DNA of 64,000 nt from Heterodontus francisci. Taxonomy: Eukaryota. Made by a program: the position numbers and the translations under genes. Below are positions 26,171 through 40,214 of the stretch, piece by piece. Each line of letters opens with the position of its first letter. The stretch's first letter is position 1. The notes below the pieces were generated by a model that did not search any database, had not been told where the DNA came from, and saw nothing but the letters and a program-made list of their open reading frames with translations. The stretch is from positions 18,200,945 through 18,264,944 of the forward strand of contig NC_090416.1 of assembly GCF_036365525.1 (NCBI RefSeq), in the 5' to 3' direction.

Positions 26171-28293
26171 GTCCATTGACTGGAACAAATATGAATTGAG
26201 CTCTCAGGGAGGAGGGGGTTGGTCAAGAAAGTGGGTGAAAAGAATATTGATTTGTTTTTTCTTTAAATGTATACATTATTTGTTTCTAAGATGGTTATGA
26301 AGTGATGTGAAATCTCTCCCTACTCATCTATTCTGTTGTACCTGCCTCCCTTAACACCATTTAACTCCACATCGTCTGTCAAAAGTAACCTGTCAACATG
26401 TTGCTGAAATAATGATTTTCTTCTGTGCCATTTCACAGTTAGGCCCAGATGTAAATGGTTTTGTTGAGGCTTTTGTTTCCCTGCAGGTTGTAGGAGTGGA
26501 GAGTCATGCAGTGTGTGGGGGTGATTGGTGAGCAGGAGGAGTCACAGAATTGTTTCATTTAAGATTATAGGTAGAAGAATGACATGTAAAGATAGCTTCT
26601 CTTTCTCCCCCCGCCCCACCCATCCCTTACAGGAGACACTGCATTGAGCGAGTACACTCCCACTGGTAGCTGTCAGCATCCAGTACCTCCCCCAAATAAC
26701 CCCAAGAAATATCACAGCATCAGGTTTAGTCCATTCCTGACATCCATCTGCGCACATATTCAAGCGGATTCAGTTGGATAATGTTCAGCAGCAGGAATTC
26801 TGGCCGATTTTTATTTTATTAAAAAGAAATAAATAGAAGAAATCTTCTCTTCCCTAGCACTAGACCTTTCAGAGCATTTGTAAAATCCACAGAATTTAAC
26901 ACAGTGCTGTTCATTCAGTCCATTGGGCCTTGCCCTTTCCATTTGTATACTTCCTTTTCAAATAGCTATCCGTTTCCCATTTAGTTGATGCTGTAGTCTC
27001 TTTGCTTTAGCCATTTCTGCAAAATAACTTGCTTAAACTGATTATTTGCACCCTCAAAGGATTTCATCATTTTGTAAACTTTCATTAGATTTCCCCCTTC
27101 TCCATTCTATATTCCCAGTAGAAAAACTCCTCCAGTACCATAACCCCATTCCTGGTATCATTCTAATGAATCTATGCTGTGCGCCCTGCTGTGATGTGCC
27201 CAGCTGTTCATGCAGTACTCATACTTTGGCCTAATTAATGTTTGTACAAGTTCAATGTCACCTCCTTGCTTTTATATTCAACCTAGAAAATGCAGAATCC
27301 AATTTGCCTTTAAGACTTTCCCTTAACCTGCAGTCCATATTTAAAGCTTTCTGTATGTGCATCCCTACCACCTCCCTGACCACCTCTGTCAAACGTCTTA
27401 AAAGTTAGGCTGCATTAATTGGTGTACACACTTTTCCAAGGTGCATTATTTCATATTTTTCTCATTAAACAAAATTTTCCATCCATCAGTTCTTTGGCAA
27501 AGTTCCCATTTCCGAAGCAATTTTGAATGTTATTGTCAGTACTTCCACTATTTCTTCCCCAGCCTCCTTTTGGTATTCTGAACCTGATAAATGTTCTGTT
27601 TTTAATCCTGTTTATTTCTGTGACTAAGTTCCATGCTGAGGATTGCATTTACAAGCTGAGCAGTGAGGAGTAGCTGATCTAAACGCTGTAATAGAGGACT
27701 TGGCGTTTCGATCGCTAGTCATTTGCGTTCACAATTTTCCACGTGAGCATGTTTTATATTGAGTGCACAGCACAGAAACAGGCTATTTGGCCAGATCTAT
27801 ATCACTGTTTATGTTCCACATGAGCCTGCTCCCTATTTGCATATCTTTCTATTCCTTTCTTCTTGTGTTTATCTACCTTCCTTTTAAATGCATCCACGTT
27901 GTTTGCTTCAACTACTCCATGTGGTAGCAAGTGCTTCATTTTAACTACTCTCTGGATAAATTAGGTTTCTGTTGAGTTTCCTATTGGATTTATTAGTCAG
28001 TGTCTTGTATTTTTGACCTCTAGTTTTGGTCTCCCCCACATTATTTTCTACATCTATCCTATCAATCCCTTTTTTTGGTGAGCACTTCCCTGTAGGGCTG
28101 GAGAACAGAGTTGTGATGTCCTTGGGTTGAGTTGTGATAGGGAGCAGAGTCTGGCTGTGTCCACCCCTTGTCCTGAAAGCAGCACAGGTAGATCTGAAGA
28201 GGGGCAGAAAATAAGTTGTTTTTTTCTGAGAAATGTTTTGAGTGACATGAGAGTTTCACCTGCAGTTGACTCTTCCCTTGAATTCTCCTGCAG

Positions 28294-28355
28294 GGCCACT
28301 CTGCTGTAATGAACAACCCATCCAGACAGCCGCTGGGACTCAATGTCGGCTTCAG
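28294..28355 (+). CDS. ILF2: ILF2 exon 11
   Basis: GHSAVMNNPSRQPLGLNVGF(R), 62 nt. Confidence 0.96.
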
Positions 28356-28689
28356 GTGTGTGCAGGGATTTTTGGGTGGGGGTGGGTGCAGTGGCCGGCA
28401 GGTGATAACCCGCGTGTATGGAGTTCCATGGGATGAATGCTGCTGGGATAAAATTCTTGGAAAAGAGCAAGATTGTGATGTGTTAGAATAATTGATGAAA
28501 GGTTGGATGCTGAAGGAGTGAAGTGAGGGTGGGGGAAGATTGTAGTGGAATAGGTTGAGGGGGAGTGAGAGTTCTCAGGGACTTGTTTGTTCATTTGGTA
28601 CTGGCTAGAATTGGTCTGAATCTCTCCGGTCTGAGAGACCTCTCAGCTTGAGACATGGATTATTTTGGTGTGGGGAGAAATTGGGCTAA

Positions 28690-28845
<156 letters not shown>

Positions 28846-29304
28846 TGACCTTCTTCCTTCTCCAGAGAATACGGACTCTGGCTGTTTGCTTCCCAAGTTA
28901 TGAGCCTGTTGAACCTTGAAATGTGCCATAGCCCCTGTTTGATTGGACTTGAGCCAATGTTCCCTGTGGTTAAATATCCTGCAGTTGCTTATTGTTCTGG
29001 TTCACCCATGAAAATTAGTCTTTGAACGATACATCATCTGTGGTGCCGTGTCCCAACAAGGTGAGAGAGGTGTAAAAAGCCACTCCATTATTAGAAGTCT
29101 TCATATTCGGAGAGGAATCAGTCTCTAGTATACAAGATCTTACATTCTTCAGTCATGAATTTTCAAAAAAGAGGCAAAGTCCATTAGTGTCATAGAGTCA
29201 TTAGGCCCAGCACTTTTAAATATCATCCTTCTAACTGTTTCTGACTTAGCTACATCTAGTATGTGGAGGAATTTTCCTCTCCTACCACTCACCCCACCCC
29301 CATA

Positions 29305-30565
29305 TTGAATCATAGAAGCTGACAGCACAGAAGGAGGCCATTTGGCCTGTTGTGTCTCTGCTGTCCCTTTGAAAGGACAGTCTTGCTTAGTTCCACATCC
29401 TTGATTTTTGTCTATAACCCTGTAAGTTATTCATCCTCAACTACCTGTCCAACTCCCTATTTATGGATTCAGTTTTCACTGCCTATTCAGGTAGTGTGCG
29501 CGGGATCCCAACAATCTGAGTGAAAATATTTTTTCTCGTCTCCGCTGTAGATCCTTGCCAATGGGTTTAAATCTGTGACCTCGGGTTATGGACCCACTTG
29601 CTGGAGAGAATAGTTTTTTTTCTTAACAAGCTGTTTCCAGTACAGCTGCAACACTGGCATCTAACCGCAAATGTTGAAAATTGTCCGGGTATGTCCTGTC
29701 CACAAAAAGCTGGACAAATCCAACCCGGTCAAGAACGGTCCTATAAGTCTACTGTCGATCATCAGCAAAGCGATGGAAGGGGCTGCTATCAAGCGGCACT
29801 TGCTCAGCAATAATGTGTTAACTGACGCTCAGTTTGGGTTCCACCAGAGCCACTCAGCTCCTGACCTCATTACAGTCTTGGTCCAAACATGGCCAAAGGA
29901 GCTGAACTCAAGAGGTGAGGTGAGAGTGACTGCCCTTGACATCAAGGCAGCATTTGACCGAGTATGGCATCAAAGGGCCTGAGCAAAACTGGATTCATTG
30001 GGAATCAGGGGAAAACTCTCCACTGGTTGGAGTCATACCTAGCACAAAGGAAGATGGTTGTAGTTGTTGGAGGTCAATCATCTCAGTCCCAGGACATCAC
30101 TGCAGGAGTTCCTCAGGGTCATGTCCTGGGCCCAACCATCTTCGGCTGCTTCATCAATGACCTTCCCTCCATCGTAAGGTCAGAAGTAGGATGTTCACTG
30201 TTCACCAATCATGACTCACATGAATGAATAAAAACCTTAGGAACCTTTGTTAGGTCACCTCTGTTCCAAGGAAAACTGTCTTAACTATTCCATTCTCTCC
30301 ATAAAATCTCTGGTAACATCCTATTCTGTATCCCTTCTAAGGCTTTTACATCTTTTCTGAAGTGTGGTGCTGAAAATTGTCCAAAATACTCTAGCTGAGG
30401 CTCAACCAATGATTTATAAAGTTCTAGCATGATCTCCTTGATTTTATATTCTATTCCTCTATTTATAAACCCAAGTAACCCATATGCCTTTTTAACTACC
30501 TTAACCTGCCCTGCCACCTTTAAGGATTTGTGTATATGGACACCAAGGTCTCTGCTCATCCACAC
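29305..30565. mobile_element. Nested LINEs: minus-strand CR1 (29305-29620, 30230-30565) split by a plus-strand CR1/L2-group RT fragment (29625-30228)
   Basis: Plus: QFGFHQSHSAPDL..ALDIKAAFDRVWH, GVPQGHVLGPTIF; minus: DLGVHIHKSLK..LELYKSLVEPQLEY. Confidence 0.8.
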
Positions 30566-30759
30566 TGACTGCAGAGAAGTATGCAGTGGGGTCCTCTCCA
30601 GCTCTCCAGAAATGCACCCAGTTATATTCTGAACCCATTTACTCTGTTTCGGGGGCTCTTCTAGGTAAACCTGTGGCTTCTCCTCTCAAGTCCTAACATC
30701 CTTGTTTTCTAGACATGTCTCCTCTGATGTTTGAATCCATTTCACTCTTGTAGTCAAGC

Positions 30760-31180
30760 TAACGCCCTTGGCTAAACGGTAGCACACTTGTCACTGAGCT
30801 TGAATGTCATGCATTCAAGCCCTACTCCAGAAACATGAGCACATGATCCAGGCTGATGCTTAGGTGCAGTACTGAGGGAGCACTGTACTCTCCGAAGTAC
30901 CATTGTTCAGATAGATGTCAGACCGAGATCCTGTCTGCCCTCGGGTGGACGTAAAAGATTTATTTGCAGATCATTTGCAGTATTCCTGGTGTCCTGGTCA
31001 ACATGTATCCTTCAAACCACATCTCTGAATAAAACAGATTTACTGTTTATCTCACTGCAGTTGCTATGTGTAAATTGGCTGTTATCCTTCCTACTTAACA
31101 ACAGTGAGCAAATTTCAAAAAAGCCCTTCAGGACGTCCTGACGACCTGAAAGATGCCATATAAATGCATGTTCTTTTTCC
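30760..31180 (+). mobile_element. Deu-domain SINE
   Basis: Head then gtgcagtactgagggagcactg..ctgtctgccctcgggtggacgtaaaagat; tail aaatgcatgttcttttt. Confidence 0.7.
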
Positions 31181-31232
31181 GTTTTCCTCTTGACCAACTA
31201 AAATGCACTGAAAATCTTGTTTCTTGTCCTAG

Positions 31233-31439
<207 letters not shown>

Positions 31440-32104
31440 TAATTGACTGCTTAAGAAAAAGCAATTCCTGCTGATAGAAGATGTCAGCTTTGAATCCCAG
31501 GGTAACGTTATATCAGCAGGGGCGGTGATAACTGGCCTCCGTTAGGTTAAGGGGGGGAGGGGCGGGGAGGAAATACCAGCTGGGTTTCCTGCTCCTGGTC
31601 CTAGTGGCCTATGTTTAAAAGTATATGCCTGTGGGCATCAAGTGAAGAAGGAATCAGGCTGGTTTGTGACATCCTCATAGTCAGTTGAGCCTCCGCTCAT
31701 GAAGGATGATCACTTGGCACCAGAGCGCGATGGAATAACTACAAACTGCAAGAATCTTTGGGGAGGAGGGGGAAACCTCTTGTGCGTCTTCTGGGTCACT
31801 TGGCATCTTCTCCCCCATCACAAACATCAGCAGTTGTAATTCCAAACATCAGCAAAGTGCAGTGGAAGGTTAGTTTCTCTTCTTTTAGTGTAACTTTTCT
31901 AAAACACTGACGTCACTGAGGAAAGCAGTAGTGCTGCTTTGATGAGCTGTTGTATTGTGCACATTGAACACACAGTGTTGTGCTTTGTCTGATGTGCTAA
32001 TTTATAGCAGAAACATAAAAATATTTTGGATTTATGTAGTTCTAGAGCAAAGGCGATAAATTCCAATGAGTTTATACTTTCCTCCTTTTGGACAACAGTA
32101 CAAG

Positions 32105-35070
32105 AGATAGAGTTATACAGCACAGAAACAGGCCCTTCAGCCCATCATGTCCGTGCCGGCCATCAAGCACCTAACTATCCTCATCCCATTTTCCAGCACT
32201 TGGCCCGTATCCTTGTATGCTATAGCGTTTCGAGTGCTCATCTAAATACATCTTAAACGTGAGGGTTCCTGCCTCTACCACCCCATCAGGCAGTGTGTTT
32301 CAGATTCCAACCACCCTCTGGGTAAAAAAAAGTTTTCCTCAAATCCCCTCTGAACCTCCTGCCCCTTACCCTAAATCTATGCCCCCTGGCTAAGGGAAAA
32401 AGTTTCTTCCTATCTATCCTATCAATGCCCCTCATAATTTTGTATCCTTCAATCAGATCCCCCCTCAACCTTCTCTGCTCTAAGGAAAACAACCCTAGCC
32501 TTTCCAGTCTCTCTTCATAGCTGAAATTCTCCAGTCCAAGCAACATCCTGGTGAATCTCCTCTGCACCCTCTCCAGTGCAATCACATCCGTCCTATAGTG
32601 TGGCGACCAGAACTGTACACAGTAGTCCAGCTGTGGTCTAACTAGCGTTTTATACAGCTCCATCATAAACCTCCCTGATCTTGTATTCTATGCCTCGGCT
32701 AATATAGGAAAGTATCCCATATGCCTTCCGAACCACCTGCGGTACACCACTGGTCACAGGTTTCCAACAGCAAAAACAACCCTCGACCATTACCCTCTGC
32801 CTCCTGTCACTAAGCCAATTTTGGATCCAATTTGCTAAATTGCCCTGGATCCCATGGGCTCTTACCTTGACCAGTCTCCCATGCGGGACTTCATTAAAAG
32901 CCTTACTGAAGTCCATATAGACTACATCAACTGTTTTACCCTCATCTACACAACTAGTCACCTCCTCGAAAAATTCAATCAAATTTGTTGGACATGATCT
33001 CCCCCTGACAAAGCCATGCTGACTATCCTCGATTAATCCCTCCCTCTCCAAGTGGAGATTAATCCTGTCTCTCAGAATTTTTTCCAGTAGTTTCCCTGCC
33101 ACTGATGTTAGACTGACTGGCCTGTAATTACCTGGTTTATCTCTGCTACCCTTCTTGAATAATGGTACCACATTTGCCATCCTCCAGTCCTCTGGCACCT
33201 CTCCTGTGGCCAGACAGGATTTGAAAATTTGTGTCAGAGCCCCTGAAATCTCCTCCCTTGCCTCACATAACAGCCTGGGATACATCTCATCTGGGCCTGG
33301 GAATTTATCCACTGTTAAGCCCGCTAAAACCGCTAATACCTCCTCTCTTTCGGTGCTAATTTATTCAAGTATATCTCAATCCCCCTCCTGATTGCGACAC
33401 CTACATCGTCCTTCTCCATAGTGAACACAGATAAAAAGTAATCATTTAAAACCTCATCCACGTCCTCCGGCTCCACAAACAGATTGCCACTTTGGTCCTT
33501 AATGGGCCCTATTCTTTCCCTGGTTACCCTCTTGCCTTTAATATACTTATAAAACACCTTGGGATTTTCCTTTATCTTGCCCGCCAGTGTTTTTTCATGC
33601 CTCCTTTTCGCTCTCCTAATTACTTTTTTAAGTACGCCCCTACGTTTTCTATACTCCTCTAGGGCCTCTGCTGTTTCCAGCCCTCTGAATCTGCCATAAG
33701 CCTTTTTTTTTTTTACCTTATCCAATCCTCTATAATCCCTTGACATCTAGGATTCCCTGGACTTGTTAGTCCCACCCTTCACCCTTACGGGAATATGCTG
33801 GCCCTGAACTCTCATGATTTCCTTTTTGAATGAGTCGCACTGGTCTGATGTAGACTTTCCGAAAAGTATCATATTGAAATCGATCTTCCCCCAATTCAGT
33901 ACCTTTATTTCTGGTCCATCTTTGTCCTTTTCCATAACTACCTTAAATCTTAGAGTTATGGTCACTATCCCTGAAACGCTCCCCCACTGACACTTCTACC
34001 ACTTGTCCAGATTCATTCCCTAAGATTAGGTCCAGTACTGCCCTTTCGCTTGTAGGACTTTTTGCGTGCTAGCTCAAAAAGCTCTCCTGGATTCACTTCA
34101 AGAATTCCACCCCTTTTAAGCCTTTTTTCGCTCAGACTATCCCAGTTAATTTTGGGGAAGCTGAAATCCCCTACTAATATTACCCTATTATTTTTACACC
34201 TCTCCGAGATTTACCTACGTATCTCTATCTCTCCCTGACTGTTTGGAGGCCTGGAGTGCACTCCCAGCAAAGTAATTGCCCCCTTTTTGTTTTTAAATTC
34301 TCCCCATACGGCCTCATTTGAGGAACCTTCTAAGATATCATCCCTCCTTACTGCAGTAATTGACTCTTTGATCAATAGTGCAATGCCACCTCCTCTTTTA
34401 CACCCCTCCGCACCCTCCCCCCCCCCCCCCCACTCCTTTCCCCGTCACACCTGAAAATTCTCTACCCTGGAATATTGATTTGCCAGTCCTGCCCTTCCCT
34501 CAGCTATGTTGATGTGACAATAATGTCCTTACTTGTAAGACTCCTTGCGTTAAAATATATGCAATCCAGGCTTGCATTATTCGCTTGTGCCTTGACAGAT
34601 TTATATTTGCTCTGCCTTCCAGACTGACAGTTTCTCTTCTGTATTTGGCTGTGCATTACCCCCGACTGTACCTCCACTCTGTATTCCGTCTCCTTGCAAA
34701 ATTAATTTAAACACCCCCACCACCACCACAACAGCCCTAGCAAACCTCCCTGCAAGAATGTTGGTCCTGTTGCAGTTCAGTTGCAACACATCCAACTTGT
34801 ACAGTTCCTGCCTTCGCCAAAAACAGACCCAGTGATCCAGGAAACTAAAGCCCTCCCTCCTGCACCATCTCTTCAGCCATGCATTCATCTGCTGTATCTT
34901 CCTATTCCTATACTCCCTAGCACATGGCACCAGGAGTAATCCAACAATTACAACCTTTGAGGTCCTGCTTTTTATTCTGCGACTTATTTCCCTAAATTCT
35001 TGTTGCAGGACCTCATCCCTTTTTCTACCTCTGTCGTTGGTGCTAATGTGAACCACAACCTCTTGACTGT
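32105..35070 (-). mobile_element. CR1 LINE with ORF1 esterase (SGNH-like) remnant and internally deleted ORF2
   Basis: 34601-35056 VHISTND..NAWLKRWCRREGFSFLDHW (CR1 ORF1 esterase); 32650-33312 RT N-half joined directly at GVPQ|VVRKAYG; 32286-32666 ORF2 C-terminus. Confidence 0.9.
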
Positions 35071-35934
35071 TCTCCCTCTCCCGCTGTCTCTCCCTTCCAC
35101 CGCCCCCCCCCCCCCCCCAGCTGGTACACGGACCTCTCTCCCCAGCTGCCTACTATACTATTCTATGGTATTGGGTACTTCACCCAAATGACCATTCTTC
35201 GAGGAGGAATATAGGCACTGAGGCTGTCCAAGTGGATCTTGGAGGTGAGGGAGTAAGCAAACTCTACTTGGTAGTCACGTGCTCTTTCCAGCCTGAGTCA
35301 CTGATCAGTAAGGAGTCCTGGTGCTGAGGCCATTTGTCAGGTTAACGCTGCCGAACTCCTCCGAGGCCATGGAGCTCAGTTTGCAGACCCCTGGGTTGTG
35401 GGTAAACCTGACGCTCGTGAACTTGCAAGCAAAGGCCTCGGAAATGTAATGGAGAAGAGCAGCAGGACTGATTCCAGCTGTGAAGGGATTGAGCAGTGCG
35501 GCAAGATTAGAGCAAATCAGGTTCTGTCATTTAGTGAGAAGGTTAAGAGGGCAGGAAGCACCTCATGGAGGTGCATTAAATATTAAGCAGTCCACAGAGG
35601 AAGGTCAGCCCAGAATATCACTTCAAGGTCTGTCGAGCTAGCAGGGCATGTAACCTAAATTAGTAACAAGTACATGTAAAAAAAAAAATCTTACAGAACT
35701 ATCTACGAGGCTCTGAAGGTTTGAAATAGTCTCCTAGGGGAAGTAATGGAGCCATGTTGAGGGGAACGAACTCAGCTGGGTTAGTTGGAGCTTGGACATT
35801 GTTTCCTTTCACTGTTATTCCCAGCAGTGATTATGACCTTGAGTGTGTCTCGTTTGGTAGTTGGGCAGAGACACTAGTCCCACCCGTGTTTGAGGATTAA
35901 TCTGGATGACCGGGCACCTGAGGTGATGCATTAA

Positions 35935-36111
<177 letters not shown>

Positions 36112-36644
36112 AGGACTCTCTTGAGACAATTATTTAGTGGTATGTGCAATCGCATACAATCTATTTGGTGTTGGTACCATCTTGCTGAAAAATGCCTTCA
36201 GTTTATCCTCAAACTGCCCCTACCACAAGTGACAGACCTGTACCCACCAGTATGTCACTCTCATTGTATCCAGATCAACATGCTCTCTGCAGGTTCAGCC
36301 CAAGCCACATTACTCTTTCTGTGCCGATGTTTGTATCGAAATGTAAAATGTGACTGTGAGCTGTAACAGGCTATAAGTTCAAAATGATCCACGGCCAAGA
36401 GGTCAGAGCAACTGAGTTTAACTCATTGTTTTTCAAATGGGGGTGGAAGGGGAGGTCCCAGGGGATTTTAGTGAGTCCATGAGATCATTTGTATTTCTGG
36501 TCATCTGTGCCTAAGTTAAGAATTTGTTGTTTTTCCTGTACTTGTTGACTCCCCGCAGACTATTTCTGTTGGTTGGTAGGTGCATCTATTGCTTACATAA
36601 AAGAATACCTTCCTTCCCTATGATTGGTGTTGACCTGTGTTGTG

Positions 36645-36955
36645 TTCACAGTGCAATACTGAGGGAGTGCTGCATTGTCAATAGTGCTGTACTTCAAACT
36701 ATTGGACTGTTGGACAAGCGGGAAATTCTCCCAGGGCCCTGGGCTAGCATTCCTCCCTCAAGCAACACCAACAAAAGCAAATTAGTTGCCATTCAATCTC
36801 ATTATTCTTCATGGGATTGTGCTGTGCGGAAAAACAGTGTTGCATCTGCCTCTATAACCCTCTGCATTTCAAAGTGATGCTCTGTAAGTGAAATGCTTTA
36901 ACTCATCCGAGAGCTGTGATGAGGTGCAGCATACATATGCGGTCTTCCTTTACTC
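36645..36955 (+). mobile_element. Deu-domain SINE, partial
   Basis: cagtgcaatactgagggagtgctgcattgtca...cctccctcaagcaacacc...gctgtgcggaaa. Confidence 0.6.
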
Positions 36956-37251
36956 TGCTGGCTGCTTCTCCTGAGGTGAGGTTTGTTTCTGTTGATGAAT
37001 ATTGTGTCCTATGAAACCTCAGAGTCGTATTTGGAGTTCAATCCTCCCCGCCAACACAGAGACTTAAACTAAAGTTTTTCTTTCTCCCTCCCCTTATTTT
37101 GCTCCTTCCCCCTCTTTTACAGGTCAGTGCCCTGTGACTGAGCAACACTCTGACAACACACACTTCAGCCTTACCGCTGGACCAACTACAGTCTGCTGTC
37201 CTGAACCTATACCCTGTTTGTTGTGTTCCTTTTGTAGTTGATTCGAATTGC

Positions 37252-37290
37252 AATAAAGTGTTTTTTTTTGTTATTTCCATTTTCTGGTCA
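37252..37290 (+). terminator. ILF2: Probable ILF2 polyadenylation signal
   Basis: First canonical AATAAA seen after the stop (37252-37257), followed by U/GU-rich sequence. Confidence 0.6.
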
Positions 37291-37525
37291 GTTGATGAAA
37301 TGAAATGCCAGATGGTTTTTTAACTTTGAGTGGCAGAATGATGTAACGTATGAGATCTTTGTGACTTGACACTTCAACGTTCTTGCACACTTTACTTATT
37401 ACACTGAGAATATTGGTAAGTGTACCAGCATGCATACTTTTTAAAAACTGCCCCACTGAGAATATAATTTCAGGGGTTGTAAGAAGAGCTTTGAAAGGTT
37501 GGCCAGTCTGATGCTGCAGATCACC

Positions 37526-38603
37526 AAATATCCGGGTGTGAGTTACAGATTGGAATCTAATCGAGGGGTTCGGGGTGCTTTATATAGAGAATAACAGATA
37601 CCCGGGAGTGAGTTACAGACTGGAATCTAATCGAGGGGTTCGGGGTGCTTTATATAGAGAATAACAGATACCCGGGAGTGAGTTACAGACTGGAATCTAA
37701 TCGAGGGGTTCGGGGTGCTTTATATATAGAATAACAGATACTCTGGAGTGAGTTACAGACTGGAATCTAATCGAGGGGTTCGGTTTGGTTTATATGTAGA
37801 ATAACAGATACCCGGGAGTGAGTTACAGACTGGAATCTAATCGAGGAGTTCGGGTGCTTTATATATAGAATAGCAGATACCCGGGAGTGAGTTACAGACT
37901 GGAATCTAATCGAGGGGTTCAGATGGTTTATATATAGAATAACAGATACCCGGGAGTGAGTTACAGACTGGAATCTAATCGAGGGGTTCGGGGGGTTTAT
38001 ATATAGAATAACAGATACCCGGGAGTGAGTTACAGACTGGAATCTAATCGAGGGGTTCGGTTTGGTTTATATGTAGAATAACAGATACCCGGGAGTGAGT
38101 TACAGACTGGAATCTAATCGAGGAGTTCGGGTGCTTTATATATAGAATAGCAGATACCCGGGAGTGAGTTACAGACTGGAATCTAATCGAGGGGTTCAGA
38201 TGGTTTATATATAGAATAACAGATACCCGGGAGTGAGTTACAGACTGGAATCTAATCGAGGAGTTCGGGTGGTTTATATATAGAATAGCAGATACCCGGG
38301 AGTGAGTTACAGACTGGAATCTAATCGAGGAGTTCGGGTGGTTTATATATAGAATAGCAGATACCCGGGAGTGAGTTACAGACTGGAATCTAATCGAGGG
38401 GTTCAGATGGTTTATATATAGAATAGCAGATACCCGGGAGTGAGTTACAGACTGGAATCTAATCGAGGGGTTCAGATGGTTTATATATAGAATAACAGAT
38501 ACCCGGGAGTGAGTTACAGACTGGAATCTAATCGAGGGGTTCGGGTGGTTTATATATAGAATAACAGATACCCGGGAGTGAGTTACAGATTGGAATCTAA
38601 TCA
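37526..38603. repeat. 69-70-bp minisatellite, ~15.5 copies
   Basis: Unit cccgggagtgagttacagactggaatctaatcgaggggttcggggtg(g/c)tttatatatagaataacagata. Confidence 0.97.
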
Positions 38604-39014
38604 AGACGTTAATAGGATCTTAGAAAACGAGAAGTGAAATTTGTAGAGTTACAATGTGTGTTTGTGTCTGTGGTTCCCAGTGTTGCCTGAGGAGGAGGTG
38701 AGATTGGCAGAGCCAAAAAACCCTGGAAAATAGTTATTCCCAAGTTACCACAGCTCAGGAATTGTGCGCTGAAGCAGATGTTTTCTGTAAAGTTTTGCCA
38801 GTGTGATTATTTTCTTCTGGAGGGTGAGCAATGTTTTTTAAATGTTCCTTCAGTATCAATAGCCTCTGTTCAATCCACTGAAAAAAAAACTTGTTTATCT
38901 TGTCCCAGTTTCCTTCAACAAGCAGTTTTAGTCCCTTGGGAGGGTTGGTACATGCTAGACAATGCTGCTGTGTCCTGCTCCCTGCTGGGAAAAAGAAGTA
39001 CCAAGACCTTGCAT

Positions 39015-39360
39015 GACATAAGATCATAAACAGGAGCTGGAGTAGTCCAGACAGCCTCTGGAGCCTGCTCCGCCATTCAGTAAGATAATGGCCAACCATC
39101 TCCCTCAACTCCACTTTCCTGCCCTATCTCCATATTCCTTAATTCCCTGAGTATGCAAAAATCTATCTACCCCTGTCTTGAATATACTCAATGACTGAGC
39201 ATCCACTGCTCTCTGGGGTAGAGAATTCCAAAGATCCACAATCTTCTGAGTGAATAAATTTCTCCTCACCTCCGTCCTAAATGGCCGATTCCCTTATCCT
39301 GAGACGATGTTCCCGAGTTCTAGACACTCTAGCCAAGGGGAAATAGCCCCTCAGTATCTA
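39015..39360 (-). mobile_element. CR1 LINE 3' fragment
   Basis: cataagatcata tail, ggggtagagaattccaaagat and ttctgagtgaataaatttctcctca are the reverse of the CR1 ORF2 end. Confidence 0.75.
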
Positions 39361-39875
39361 GTGCTTTTTCTTTGCTCGAAGGTGCTGGTCTGTGCTGTTA
39401 CCCCTCCATGTTCATCAACTGTACTCCAGTACTTGACCCATCTGTCATGTCTGCCTCAGGCAGCGAATATCCACCGGCTATTCGACCATGGAAGGTATCA
39501 CGCCCAGTTTCTGAAGGTTATGCACTTGGAGTATTAAAGGCCTCTGGAACACACTTTCCCTCCACCTTTGCACTCTGTTTTTAGAATCTTCCTCTGGCCT
39601 CAACCCCTCAGGTTCTTGCTCCTGCTTCTCAATATCCACTTGGTTTCTGTACCTCAAAATAAAGCACTTTGAAATGTCTGAAGCACAATGAAAATGCATG
39701 TCATTTTCCCTGCTGTGTCGAAAACAATCAGTTAAGCCACTTAATTCCAAAGATTTAGATATGCATTTATTCCTGGACGGATTTTTCACTGAAGTTTGAA
39801 GGCTATAAATGCAGCGTCAAAGAAGAAATGTTCTCTGACTTTGATATGATGAATTTTATCCGCCTCCCTCTAACC

Positions 39876-40130
39876 CAGGGTTGTCCAACCTTTTCGGGCG
39901 GAAAGCCGCATTATGATTTTTGCTCGGTGTGGGGGGGGGGGGGGTGCCGCTGAGAAAATTTCGAGAGACAAAGGCATTAAAGATTTCTTACTAATAAAAA
40001 CATCAAATGTGTATTTTTGTAAAGAAGCTGAGAAGACTTAACTTATTGACTTGCTGTCTTATTGTATTGAACACTAGTTTAGTGACATATCTGGCATTAT
40101 TTTTGCTTGCATAAGAAGTCAATCAATCTC
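39876..40130 (+). mobile_element. Possible hAT-Charlie-type DNA transposon end
   Basis: CAGGGTTGTCCAACCTTTT resembles Charlie TIRs and follows ctctaacc (Charlie-like target); no convincing partner TIR found. Confidence 0.4.
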
Positions 40131-40214
40131 TCTCCCTCGGTCCTGCCCTCCCTCTGCCTGTGTCCTTTTCTCCCCCCCCCCCCCCCCCCCCCCCCCCCTC
40201 TCGCTCCTTTCAGG

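Noticed and set aside
37526-38604. 186-aa repetitive ORF and CRISPR-like look of the 70-bp array
   Set aside because: Variable segment is point variation of one sequence, not unique spacers; the ORF arises from 69-nt units
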